A stretch of 63,990 bases of DNA, filler included, from Kipferlia bialata (taxonomy: Eukaryota), in NCBI GenBank assembly GCA_003568945.1. It is 5 parts of 5 records of this genome, joined end to end, with 100 filler letters (N's around TTAATTAATTAA, not from the genome) between each part and the next. Parts side by side here need not be neighbours in the genome. Positions count along the whole stretch, not along the records: positions 60,673 to 63,990 come from BDIP01000891.1; 4 more parts are not named here. One strand, 5' to 3'. Shown here in pieces: positions 63,936-63,990 of the stretch. How positions within the stretch are numbered: the first letter of the stretch is position 1; each line of letters opens with the position of its first letter. Position numbers and translations under genes: made by a program. Under the pieces are notes generated by a model, which saw only the letters and a program-made list of their open reading frames with translations, was not told the origin of the DNA and searched no databases.

Positions 63936-63990
63936 CAGGCATGGTAAAACCGGGAACGGTTCCCGGTGTTCCCGCTTTCGTACTTTCCGG
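63936..63990 (+). mobile_element. Possible terminus of a hAT-like element
   Basis: CAGGCATGG start followed by inverted CCGGGAA/TTCCCG subterminal motifs. Cut off by the window end. Confidence 0.3.

Overview
This is eukaryotic, intron-rich protist DNA. Introns are filled with (TA)n/(CT)n, carry long poly-C tracts, and have a branch point almost fused to a CCCYAG acceptor. The style suggests a free-living fornicate/metamonad such as Kipferlia (inference, not verified). The window is five unrelated contigs joined by artificial N-TTAATTAATTAA-N linkers; the internal contigs are 15068, 15061 and 15046 bp, i.e. size-sorted. Hand-spliced genes: two Cys-rich proteins, a hypothetical protein, a multi-C2H2 zinc-finger protein, a 2xCBM20 DPE2-like protein apparently lacking the GH77 core, an FG-GAP-like beta-propeller, a GDE5/GPCPD1-like phosphodiesterase, a MON2-like protein, a 2-Cys peroxiredoxin, a membrane-anchored S41-like protein with Ser>Asp at the nucleophile, MSH6, an orphan first exon of SAM synthetase, a membrane protein, and a PD-(D/E)xK nuclease-like plus kinase (Crinkler-type) protein. 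The main unexplained signal is a polarised set of 'exon echoes'. Introns carry serial partial copies of the neighbouring exons: acceptor plus 5' part upstream of the exon, 3' part plus donor downstream. Many copies differ from the intact exon mostly at synonymous sites, including an AGT/TCG serine switch, which neutral decay of dead duplicates does not predict. All gene models are manual and lack transcript support.
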